Source: an uncultured delta proteobacterium (lineage in GTDB: Bacteria > Myxococcota > B64-G9). From it: a DNA stretch of 64,000 bases. The stretch's first letter is position 1. Every line of letters begins with the position of its first letter. The DNA lies in NCBI GenBank assembly GCA_963754925.1, contig CAVWHX010000004.1:1024001-1088000 (forward strand), written 5' to 3'. The notes under the pieces are model-generated. The model did not search any database. It saw only the letters and a program-made list of their open reading frames with translations, and was not told the origin of the DNA. Positions 30,257 through 39,286 of this stretch are shown piece by piece. The position numbers and the translations under genes are program-made.

Positions 30257-31072
30257 TTAAGATTGGTAACGTAACAATATCAAAGTGATATTATCCTCGC
30301 CGCCATGCTGATTGGCGAGCGTCACGAGACGAGAAGTCGCATTCGATAGCTTTCCTTGTCGTAGTACCTTAGCTATTTCTCTATCCTCGATCATGCCGGA
30401 AAGACCGTCAGAACATAGTAAGAAAACATCACCCGATGAGAGCGGTAAACTGAAAGAATCAGCATTGACTTGGCTTTCAAAGCCTACCGAGCGAGTTATG
30501 ATGTTGCGGAAACGACTATTGTGGGCCTGCTCGCGGGTGAGAAATCCGGCGCGAACCTGCTCTTGAACGAGAGAGTGGTCCTCGGTGAGTTGCTCGAGGG
30601 TACTATTACGCAACCGATACAGACGGCTGTCGCCGACGTGCGCTACATATCCCCGTTTCCCATACACCAACATCATCGTTAAGGTGGTGCCCATGCCGGC
30701 TAGGTCAATGCGTTGATTGGAGAACTCGTAGATACCCCAAGAAGCGGCTCGGATAGCATCTTTGAGCAATTGTAAGATTTCCGACGACTCGTCGTGTGCA
30801 GCCTGTGGGTTGAAAAGACTGCGTTCATGATAGGTTTTAGTAAGCGTCTCACGCACCAGCTCAATTGCCATGCGTGAGGCGACCGCTCCCCCGGCGTGAC
30901 CACCCATCCCGTCAGCGACTATGTATAGCTGTAAGTTTGAATCTATTATGTAATTATCTTCATTGTTATCGCGCTTTAACCCGACATTGGTACTGCCCCA
31001 TGCTGATACTCGACCTGACGGCCGTTTGTTTGGTGAGGTTTTCTTAAGCCGTTTTCGAGGGCGAGAACGCAT
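30257..31072 (-). CDS. PP2C-type Ser/Thr phosphatase (Stp1/IreP family)
   Basis: NNEDN, VADGMGGHAGG, MGTT, HVGDSRLY, LCSDGL, GGEDNIT. Confidence 0.93.
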   Translation of the reverse strand: MRSRPRKRLKKTSPNKRPSGRVSAWGSTNVGLKRDNNEDNYIIDSNLQLYIVADGMGGHAGGAVASRMAIELVRETLTKTYHERSLFNPQAAHDESSEILQLLKDAIRAASWGIYEFSNQRIDLAGMGTTLTMMLVYGKRGYVAHVGDSRLYRLRNSTLEQLTEDHSLVQEQVRAGFLTREQAHNSRFRNIITRSVGFESQVNADSFSLPLSSGDVFLLCSDGLSGMIEDREIAKVLRQGKLSNATSRLVTLANQHGGEDNITLILLRYQS

Positions 31073-31146
31073 TCAATAAAAAATTTATCATACAATTACA
31101 GATAACTCAAAGTTTTGGCAGGGGTAACTTAATCGTCCCTGAAGAA

Positions 31147-31244
31147 GTCACCCCCGCGAAGGCGCTGTGCGGCTTGGCTGGGGGTCCAGATTGCGTTACT
31201 AAGGGATTCCAGCCAAGCCGCACGCCGCCTGCGCGGGAATGACA
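31147..31244. repeat. inverted REP doublet with complementary internal insertions
   Basis: GTCACCCCCGCGAAGGCG...GGGGTCCAG and GGATTCC...CCGCCTGCGCGGGAATGAC; a perfect 15-bp inverted repeat links 31167-31181 and 31209-31223. Confidence 0.75.
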
Positions 31245-31258
31245 CAGGTCACCAATTG

Positions 31259-32947
31259 CTAAAGCTTTCGCTCGTGTTGGCTGCCCGCCCGCTTGAGTAA
31301 ATCACGGGCATGGCCGCGGGCCTTTTCGGAAACGGTTTTTCCACCCGCCATGCGCGCTATCTCTTCAACCCGCTCAATTTCAGTCAGACGAACCACCTCA
31401 GAAACTGTTCGATCCCCCTCGCGACGCTTGGAAACGTGATAGTGAGTGCTGGCATACGCCGCAATCTGCGTCAGATGAGTAATGCAGAGCACCTGGTGGC
31501 CGGCGCTCACTTCGGCAAGCATTGCTCCGATTACCTCGGCCACCGCCCCGCCGACCCCTGAATCCACCTCGTCGAAAATATACGTTGCAACCGGATCGAT
31601 GCCGGCGAGGACTAATTTAATGCCGAGCAGCACCCGCGACAGTTCACCACCTGAGGCCACCTTGGCCAACGGCCGCAGCGCCTCGCCGGGATTGGCTGAA
31701 AGCAACATCTGTACTTGATCGAGGCCCCAAGTTTCGAGACTTTCATCTGCAAGTGTTTGCACCTGCACGTTAACCTGTGCGCCAGCCATAGCCAATTTAC
31801 CGAGTTCCTCCTCGAGCCTACGGCCAAGCTTAGAACCAGCCTCGCACCGACCCTTGGTCAGCCGGCGGGCCGCTTCTAACGCCTTGGTTTGCAAGGCATC
31901 TCGTTCGGCAGCAAGTTCGTTCACACGATCTTCCAGCTTTGCCAGCGAATCAAGTTCCGCTTTCATCTGCGTTTGTTTCTCAAAGAGTTCTGGGAGCGTA
32001 GGTCCATAAGAACGCAGCAGGCTTTTTAGAGTCTGCAGCCGCTCCTCAACCTGTTCAAGGCGATTCGGGTCTGCCTCAAGGCCCGAAAGGTCATTCTGCA
32101 ACTCGCGGGAGAGGTCCTCCATCTGGCGTAAAACGCTCGAGAGCTCTGGTTGTAGCCGTGCTAATCCGGGATCAAATCGTATTAAGTTGCCCAGGGTGCC
32201 TGATGCGCGTCCGACTATCTCTGTTGCAGAGTTTTCGTTTTGATAGAGGGTTGCTAAGATCTCATTCAAACCAGAGACGAGTTTCTCAGCGTGGCGCAGC
32301 CGGGAACGTTCTCGATCAAGTTCTTCTTCTTCGCCGAGGTGGGGATTCACAGAGCGGATGCGTTCGAGAGCAAAACGCAAAAACTCCTCGCGCTCGAATC
32401 GCATACGTTCGCGCGCGGAAAGCTCGCGGTGCTCCTGGACTGCCGCCCGCCATTTCACGACCGCTGCAGACACCTCTTGACAGAGGGGCATAAGCCCGCC
32501 GAAGCTGTCTAAGATCTCGCGTTGGACTGTTGGATCGGTCAAGGCAATATGTTCGTGCTGACCAGAGATATCGACGAGCCCGTGGGTAAGATCCTCGAGC
32601 GAGGACAACGTTATTGAACGATCATTGACAAACACTCGATTGCGGCCGGTTTTTGAAATCACCCTTCTAATCGTAAGGGTAGAACCTTCATGCAGCTCCA
32701 TGCTTCTGAGACGCGGTCGAACCGGTGAGTCGGGCGGTAATTGAAACGTCCCTGCCACCTCGGCGCTATCATAGTCGGTACGGATCATCTCTGGATAGGC
32801 TCGACCGCCGAGCAACAGTTGGAGGGCGCTGATCAATATTGATTTACCTGCGCCGGTCTCTCCCGTGATGACATTGAACCCCCCTTCGAACTCAACCTCG
32901 AGCCGGTCTACGATAGCGAAATTATATATCGAGAGGTACGTTAGCAT
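31259..32947 (-). CDS. recN: DNA repair protein RecN
   Basis: TGETGAGKS, KVASGGELSR, IFDEVDSGVGG, QVLCITH. Confidence 0.96.
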   Translation of the reverse strand: MLTYLSIYNFAIVDRLEVEFEGGFNVITGETGAGKSILISALQLLLGGRAYPEMIRTDYDSAEVAGTFQLPPDSPVRPRLRSMELHEGSTLTIRRVISKTGRNRVFVNDRSITLSSLEDLTHGLVDISGQHEHIALTDPTVQREILDSFGGLMPLCQEVSAAVVKWRAAVQEHRELSARERMRFEREEFLRFALERIRSVNPHLGEEEELDRERSRLRHAEKLVSGLNEILATLYQNENSATEIVGRASGTLGNLIRFDPGLARLQPELSSVLRQMEDLSRELQNDLSGLEADPNRLEQVEERLQTLKSLLRSYGPTLPELFEKQTQMKAELDSLAKLEDRVNELAAERDALQTKALEAARRLTKGRCEAGSKLGRRLEEELGKLAMAGAQVNVQVQTLADESLETWGLDQVQMLLSANPGEALRPLAKVASGGELSRVLLGIKLVLAGIDPVATYIFDEVDSGVGGAVAEVIGAMLAEVSAGHQVLCITHLTQIAAYASTHYHVSKRREGDRTVSEVVRLTEIERVEEIARMAGGKTVSEKARGHARDLLKRAGSQHERKL

Positions 32948-33046
32948 GTTACAAATGCCCTTGGGCTTCGTTCGCTACGATCTTCTACCAAAATAGATAG
33001 AAGGCGTAAATGATCTTGGTAACACGCAGATCAGCCATTATTCCAT

Positions 33047-33101
33047 TTGACACCAAAAACCGCACATGCTACCGTAAGTACGACGTTGACTTATTTGTCA
33101 A
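33047..33101 (+). promoter_or_regulatory. sigma70 promoter plus downstream palindromic operator
   Basis: TTGACA-17 nt-TACCGT with a TG extension (33047-33075), then TTGAC-N6-GTCAA (33086-33101). Confidence 0.5.
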
Positions 33102-33141
33102 TCAATTGTAAAAAAGGCCCATTGGCCTAAGGAGGAGTGCA

Positions 33142-33468
33142 ATGACACCAAAGAGCATTTTTGAAGAGTCCCTACCCAATCAATTAAAGACCAAGGGCGA
33201 CGATGTCCTTAAGGTAAACGCCGTGTATCAGTTCAACATCAGTGGCGCTGAAGGCGGATCGTGGTGGGTGGACACTACCAAGAGCGGTGGTGCAGTGGGC
33301 ACGGGCGAGAGTCCCAACGCTAAATGCACTATTAGTATGACCGATAAAGATTTCATGGATATGGTTAGCGGAAAGCTCAATGGACAGATGGCGTTCATGA
33401 CCGGTAAACTTAAGATCAAGGGCGACATGAGCCTGGCGATGAAGCTGGGCACGGTTCTCGGTCTTTAG
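33142..33468 (+). CDS. SCP2 sterol/lipid-binding domain protein
   Basis: YQFNISG.EGGSWWV, GKLNGQMAFMTGKLKIKGDMSLAMKL; AAGGAGG RBS. Confidence 0.93.
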   Translation: MTPKSIFEESLPNQLKTKGDDVLKVNAVYQFNISGAEGGSWWVDTTKSGGAVGTGESPNAKCTISMTDKDFMDMVSGKLNGQMAFMTGKLKIKGDMSLAMKLGTVLGL

Positions 33469-34672
33469 CTTCTGGTGAACCAAGGGAAGGTGCACTCAGG
33501 TTTCGTGATTCGTGCACCGAAAGCTCCGACAGGCAGGTTTCATTGGTCGGGCTTGTTCCTTTGTCTACCGACTTGATGGTCAGCGTAAGATGGCTCGTCG
33601 GTATGGACTTAGATAACAAGATCAGCTTCTGAGTCGCAAACTCTTTTCCCGGCACCGTGGCCTCGAAACAACCCGCGATAAGGGGATCCTTTTGCGAACC
33701 TGGTTCGCAGGCAGATGAGATCCCGACCCCGGCGTCGAAGGTTAATGCTACGCCTTGAATACGATTGCGGCGTGCCCAATCTTTTTCGCTGGCGGCGCAT
33801 CCAGGGATAAATCGAATCAAACGGACTGAGACGGGACGGAGAAAAGTCAGGGCAAGCGATTCCCCTACGCCGGAACCTGGTTTGCCCTCTATCCAAGCAC
33901 TCTCCAAGGATCCATCGACAGCAAAGGCTGCAATACCTACTCCCGCTTTTTCCGAGCTCGCGGTGGTCTTTGCGGGAGCTACCACCGTCAGGTAGTCAAG
34001 GTACCGATCGTCCACCTCCTGATATACTCCTTCGTGAGGTTTAAAAACACGCTCGCGCATGCCGAGTACTACCTGAATCTCTTCGGGGCTTCTGATTGAC
34101 AACAGCCGTTTTGGATCATGGCGAACCCTCAACGTCTGCCATCCATCTCCGATGTTGTCGACCATTAATCCTTCCGATAGTCCACCCAAGTCGATCACCT
34201 TAACCGGCTTACGACCCGCATCCTCTTCTGAATGTTGCACGTGATATCGGGCTGAAAAGATTTGGCGCAACTCAGCTGCCGTCGGGAGGAACAGCCGGAC
34301 CCAATGATCGGCTTCATCCGGGCTATCCTCGACGACGTCGAGAAGATACGCCTGGTCAGTTCGGCCAAGCGGGAAGGTTTCGAACGTCACCAGGGTGCTC
34401 GCCGGAACCCGCTCGCTCCGTGCGATGAGATTAAAATCGCCCTTCGGGTTAGCTTTCCATAATGATAACCCGATTCCTGCCTCGCACTGTTCGACGACCA
34501 AAGCCTCTATCAATCCGTCACTATCAATGTCGAGCAGCTTCTCCGCAAGCAACTCGTGGCCGCTTTTACGAAAATCGAAAAACGCCTCGGAACCGTGAAA
34601 ACTGGTGGGTACTTTTGTTTCGCTGGTTGCGGCCAGAAACAGCATGATAGGTATAAGCGTCGTTATTACCAT
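33416..34672 (-). CDS. secreted protein with C-terminal discoidin-like / NADase-type glycan-binding domain
   Basis: Signal peptide, DIDSDGLIE motif, then AVDGSLESAWIEG..G.GVGESL, IRFIPG, RNRI, NETCLSEL; same motif set as 12302-12988. Confidence 0.7.
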   Translation of the reverse strand: MVITTLIPIMLFLAATSETKVPTSFHGSEAFFDFRKSGHELLAEKLLDIDSDGLIEALVVEQCEAGIGLSLWKANPKGDFNLIARSERVPASTLVTFETFPLGRTDQAYLLDVVEDSPDEADHWVRLFLPTAAELRQIFSARYHVQHSEEDAGRKPVKVIDLGGLSEGLMVDNIGDGWQTLRVRHDPKRLLSIRSPEEIQVVLGMRERVFKPHEGVYQEVDDRYLDYLTVVAPAKTTASSEKAGVGIAAFAVDGSLESAWIEGKPGSGVGESLALTFLRPVSVRLIRFIPGCAASEKDWARRNRIQGVALTFDAGVGISSACEPGSQKDPLIAGCFEATVPGKEFATQKLILLSKSIPTSHLTLTIKSVDKGTSPTNETCLSELSVHESRNLSAPSLGSPEAKDREPCPASSPGSCRP

Positions 34673-34673
34673 G

Positions 34674-36169
34674 TTATTTGCAATCTTTCAAAATGCTTTC
34701 AAGAGCAGGAATTTCCTTTGAATCAGGTGGCAGCATATTTCGGTACAAACGATATTCCTGGCAGGCCTGACGATTTTGACGCAATTGCGCAAAGGAAATT
34801 CCCAATCCGCGATGGGCCTGGGAAAGTTTGGGGTTGATGGTTAAAGCTTTCTAAACTCGCTGATGGCCTCTTTGAACTTGCCCTCACGTATGAGATTATT
34901 GCCATTTTTATAGGCTTCGAGCCCGGTATCGGGTGGGTTGGCATTTCTATCAGGCTGATTGTTTTCTTTTTGGATGCGGGATGTTGCCATTTCTGGGCTT
35001 TTGGATTGTTCAGAGGCCGGGTTGGTTTGAGTGAGTTTTTGAACTTTGTTTGGCACCACGTTTTTTTGGGGGGCAGGCTGGTCTGCAATCGCCACGATTT
35101 GTTTGTCGGCTGAATCGGTATCGTTTGGTTCTTCTTGGAGGAGGAAGTACCATACCGCCGCCCCGCCCGCACCGACCAGCAACAGCACCAGCAGCGCCCA
35201 CAGGACGACATGACTTGAGCGCACTGGTTCGTCGGTCATGTCCTCAACCTGGTGCTCGGGCGCCGTGTCCAATTCAATTGCGGTCGCGAGCGGCGTGACC
35301 GGCAACGCCGTACTCAACGCCAGGCGCGCGTCTGCGGGTTGATCGTGCGCTTCGGCCTCATTTCCTCCACGGGCCCAGGGCGGGAGAGTGTCCGGACTCC
35401 GTTGTCGTGTTTCCGGTGCGGGGGCCGGTGGTGCCTCTGGTTGAGCGGGCAGTGGTGGCGGCGTCGGCACGGACTCTTCGGATTGGGATCGGAGAGCTGG
35501 TTCCAGAAAGCGTGTGTCGGATGCAGCCGGCGGCGGCGCGGTAGGTAAAAATGATTTGGTTTGGGTAGGCGACTGCACCGAGAGGAAGCTCGGTCGTGCA
35601 GGCTGTTTGATAAATTCCGGCATCGAGTCTGAAGCAAAGCCGCTGGCTGCCCACCGAGCCGCGGCTGCCGACCAATCCTCAAGCGGTGGAGCGCTCGGGG
35701 CGGCTTTCGCTGGATCGGGGGCGGATGGATTGAAGGTGAAAGACTGTTCGGACGGCGCTGGTTGATATGGCAATGATTCGAGCGGCTTGGCGATGTCCTC
35801 CCACTTCGGCGCTTCAAAGGCTGGTGCAGCGGGTGATTGAACTGGGTTAGGTGTAGCGCCCTGCCATTGGGTGCGGCCAAAATCCCATTGGCTTCCCGCA
35901 CCGTGCGCGTGCCCTTCCGCTTGCGCCTGCGGAATCGCCAACCCGGTTGATGCCATCGTTTCGGTATTCGTCACCGGCCCGGGGTATTCCTGCTGCTGTG
36001 CCGGATAGGCAGCGCCGGCATCCGATGCCTGATCCAAAGGAGTATTCGTACCCGGATAAACGGGCACCAAGGAAACCTGGCACGTTGGGCAAACGACCGG
36101 TGCGCCTTGCCGCAGCAGCTCATCCTCAAACTGGTAGCGAACCTGACATGTCAAGCAGACTGCTTCCAC
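34674..36169 (-). CDS. zinc-ribbon / Pro-rich linker / TM / TPR protein, with an apparent -1 frameshift
   Basis: CLTC...CPTC N-terminus, Pro/Ala-rich linker, one TM helix. Adding one base near 34848-34850 continues EFRK into ALTINPKLSQAHRGLGISFAQ...KDCK*, ending at 34674, next to the following ATG (34672). Confidence 0.78.
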
Positions 36170-36303
36170 GTCTTTTTTCCTCAACCATGCACCATGGGGG
36201 CGGAAACCTGTCGATTTAAGCAAATCCCATCACGAGTGTGTGATACCTGTTGCTGAGTAATATATAACATATTTTCGCGCAGACAGCCAGGATAAATCTA
36301 GTG

Positions 36304-37776
36304 TTAGAGACCTACACCGGTCGTTGCGGTTAGGGTGGTAGCCGATTGGATTGCCAGATTGAGCAGTCCGCCCGGCAGGAGACCAAAGGCCAATATTATG
36401 AGTGAGGTTAGAGCCGCCGCTAAACTCAAGGCTACCGAGATCCGCGGTAAGCCCTCCGATTGCGGCGCTTCAATTACCATGGCGGCCACCAGACGCAAAC
36501 CCATGACCAGCACCAGCCCCAGCGAAAGCGCTGCTGCCACCGCAGAGGTAGTCCAACCCGCCTCTACCAGGGTGTCGAGCAAATACAGGCGCGAGAAAAA
36601 ACCTGCGGTCAATGGCATTCCGGTCATGCAGAGCACCGCTAACCCGATCGCCGTTGCCAACCAGGGACGTCGCCAGGCCAACCCCTGAAGACGCGCAACG
36701 ACCGGCTTGTTCCCCGGCTCGTCGCCAATCGCCGCCACCGCCACAAACAACGCCACCCAATTCACCGCGTGTACCGCTAAGAACACCAGCACTCCGCCGA
36801 GAGCTCGTTCGATATGTGCGCCGCGCTCCCCGAGGGCTGAAAGGGTAACCAATACTAAACCTACTTGGCCGGTTGCCAAGAAGGCGAGTAATCGTTTGAG
36901 ATGCTGTTGCGTAAGCGCCAGAGCATTACCGACCAACAACGCGGCGAGCCCCACACCGTGCAACACGGCAAGCCAGCCCATGTGCCCGGAACTCGGGAAG
37001 AGTGCGGGAAGAAATCCAAATAGAATCATCCGGCTTACCGCCGCAAGGCCGCAGGCGAGCACGCCGCCAGAAAGCAACATGCCGGCCGGCACCGGTAACC
37101 CCTCAACCATGTCCGCGTACCACATGTGGAACGGCACGATGGCGAGGAATACCCCGGCTCCTGATAATACGAGGGCCAGCCCCGTCGTGAGCAGCGGATT
37201 TGTGGTGATATCCTTTTGAACAGAAAGGTACTCACCGATGCCTTCAAGCGTGGTCGATCCGCTGAGCAGCAAGATAACAGCGCTACCCAGACCCAGCAGC
37301 CCAGTTCCTAACGCGACTGTGACGAACCCTTTGAGCGCTCCTTCGTGCCCCTGTTCGAGAGGCGCAGTAGCGGCCAGCCCCAGGAAGGGCACCAGCGTTC
37401 CGACAAAGCCTATGGTGATGACGACCAGATCGACCGAGCAGGCTAGCAGAGCCGCCCCGGCGGTTGCCAGCAACAACAGGCCATCTGCTCCGGGGGGCCA
37501 CTCGGCGCCTTGGTGGCGGCCAAGCAGGAGACCACAACCGGCACTAACCAAAACGACCGCTTGAACAAATAGGGCAAAGCCATCCGACCGCAAGTTGAAC
37601 GGGAGGCCGGGTTGACCCATCCATAACCATAGCACCTGCAGCATGGCTACGATAATGGCAATCAAACCGAGCCGAAAGCTCATCGTCCGTCGAGACGGCC
37701 ACAAAATTTGCAGTGTGGTTATCAAAAGACCTGCCAACCACAACCAAGCGCTGATCAGGTAATCTTCAATATTCAT
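36304..37776 (-). CDS. nuoN: NuoN-like antiporter-type membrane subunit, divergent
   Basis: VPFHMWYADMVEGLP, ALTQQHLKRLLAF, TGMPLTAGFF; 490 aa, multi-pass; last gene of a JKLMN order. Confidence 0.8.
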   Translation of the reverse strand: MNIEDYLISAWLWLAGLLITTLQILWPSRRTMSFRLGLIAIIVAMLQVLWLWMGQPGLPFNLRSDGFALFVQAVVLVSAGCGLLLGRHQGAEWPPGADGLLLLATAGAALLACSVDLVVITIGFVGTLVPFLGLAATAPLEQGHEGALKGFVTVALGTGLLGLGSAVILLLSGSTTLEGIGEYLSVQKDITTNPLLTTGLALVLSGAGVFLAIVPFHMWYADMVEGLPVPAGMLLSGGVLACGLAAVSRMILFGFLPALFPSSGHMGWLAVLHGVGLAALLVGNALALTQQHLKRLLAFLATGQVGLVLVTLSALGERGAHIERALGGVLVFLAVHAVNWVALFVAVAAIGDEPGNKPVVARLQGLAWRRPWLATAIGLAVLCMTGMPLTAGFFSRLYLLDTLVEAGWTTSAVAAALSLGLVLVMGLRLVAAMVIEAPQSEGLPRISVALSLAAALTSLIILAFGLLPGGLLNLAIQSATTLTATTGVGL

Positions 37777-39281
37777 GATGGGCTACGCTCCGTGGGTATG
37801 CCCGCGAGATCAGCGGTGTGCGCTGTCGGTGCTACGTCCGATACTGAGCTTGGCGCCACAAGACCTGGTATGATTCCTGCCGCGATGATCGCAAGCATCA
37901 ACAGCAGGAGAATACTTACCTGACGCTTGGTTGGCCAGCGTTCTTTAGACCAAAATTCCTCTTGGTAGCTTCCCTTGGATATTCGCAAAAAAACTGAGAG
38001 CACCGCGATGCCGATCAACAGCATCGCAAGCGAAGACAATGCCGCCAAGATGAAATTATCGGCGACGGCCTCAAGAACGAGATACGATCCAATAAAACCA
38101 ATGGTGCCGGGCACAGCCGCCACTGAAGCCGCCGCGGCGAAAGCCAGCCCGGCAAAAGCGGGGTGGGAACGCCACAACCCGCTGAATTCGACAACACGCT
38201 GGCTGTCGCGGGCCTTACAGATTACCCCGGCGAACAAAAACAGCGCCGCGCCGCCCAAGCCAGCCGCCAGCAGCAGCAGCAACCCACCATACGAACCGCT
38301 CCCTGCCGGTAACGTCAATCCTACCAGGGCCAGCCCTATCTGACCCAAGCAGGTATACGCCAGTAACCGCTTCAGATCGCGCTGGACCGGAGCCATCAAT
38401 CCAGCCCCCAGGGCTGTGGTAAGCCCGATGATTGCGAGCCAGGGCCCGAAGACTCCCCGCTCAACCCCAAATAACGGGGTGAGCACATGAATGATGCCGA
38501 ATCCACCCAGCGGCAGTACCCCGCCGGCCAAGAGGATGGAAGCGGCCGTCGGAACAATCGATTGAGCTGCCGGAAACCACGTATGCAGGGGGAAGGCGGC
38601 CATGCGCATGAGAAACGCCGGCACAAAGAGCCATACCCATGGATTTGAGGTTATATCGGTGCCGGCTAATCTCGCCGACAGATCCAAGAGATCAAACGTT
38701 GGCGTATCGACCTGATTCACCACCCACAACACTCCTACCCACATGACCACGCTCGAGGCCACCGATGTGACGAAAAATCGAGTCGCTGCAACCACCTCAC
38801 CACGCATTGGTCCACGACCCATCAAAAAGAAGAACGGAACCAGGGTCAATTCCCAAAACGTTATAAAAACAATCAAATCCCATGCGGAAAGCACGCCGAG
38901 CATTCCCGTCTCAGCCAGAAGCAAGCACACGATGTACGATCGATCGATCTCCGGCAACGGCGGCAGCGTTCCCACCACTGCGGCAACCCCCACGAAGGCC
39001 ACCATGCCCGCCAAAACAGCGCCGGTGTTGTCGAGCCCCAGGTGTAAGGATATTCCCAAATCTGGTATCCACGGCAGACGCACCGACACGAGCAGGCCTT
39101 CGCCGCTGGGGAGCGTGGCCCGCACGGCAACCCACATTAATGCGGTGACGATAGCGAAGGTCCATCCGATCCCCCGTACTAAGCGGGTGGAGGACGCTGG
39201 GCACATCCCAGCCGCGAGGGCACCTACTGCCGGGGTGGCAGGGAGGGCTAACAATAGTATCTGTGGAAGATCGAGCGCCAC
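37773..39281 (-). CDS. nuoM: NuoM-like antiporter-type membrane subunit, divergent
   Basis: PWIPDLGISLHLGLD, FWELTLVP, FPLHTWFP, QRDLKRLLAY, PGTIGFIG; 502 aa. Confidence 0.85.
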   Translation of the reverse strand: MALDLPQILLLALPATPAVGALAAGMCPASSTRLVRGIGWTFAIVTALMWVAVRATLPSGEGLLVSVRLPWIPDLGISLHLGLDNTGAVLAGMVAFVGVAAVVGTLPPLPEIDRSYIVCLLLAETGMLGVLSAWDLIVFITFWELTLVPFFFLMGRGPMRGEVVAATRFFVTSVASSVVMWVGVLWVVNQVDTPTFDLLDLSARLAGTDITSNPWVWLFVPAFLMRMAAFPLHTWFPAAQSIVPTAASILLAGGVLPLGGFGIIHVLTPLFGVERGVFGPWLAIIGLTTALGAGLMAPVQRDLKRLLAYTCLGQIGLALVGLTLPAGSGSYGGLLLLLAAGLGGAALFLFAGVICKARDSQRVVEFSGLWRSHPAFAGLAFAAAASVAAVPGTIGFIGSYLVLEAVADNFILAALSSLAMLLIGIAVLSVFLRISKGSYQEEFWSKERWPTKRQVSILLLLMLAIIAAGIIPGLVAPSSVSDVAPTAHTADLAGIPTERSPS

Positions 39282-39286
39282 GGGTT

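Noticed and set aside
34723..35211. 162-aa alternative-frame ORF
   Set aside because: Overlaps the zinc-ribbon/TPR gene; the TPR continuation is in the third frame.
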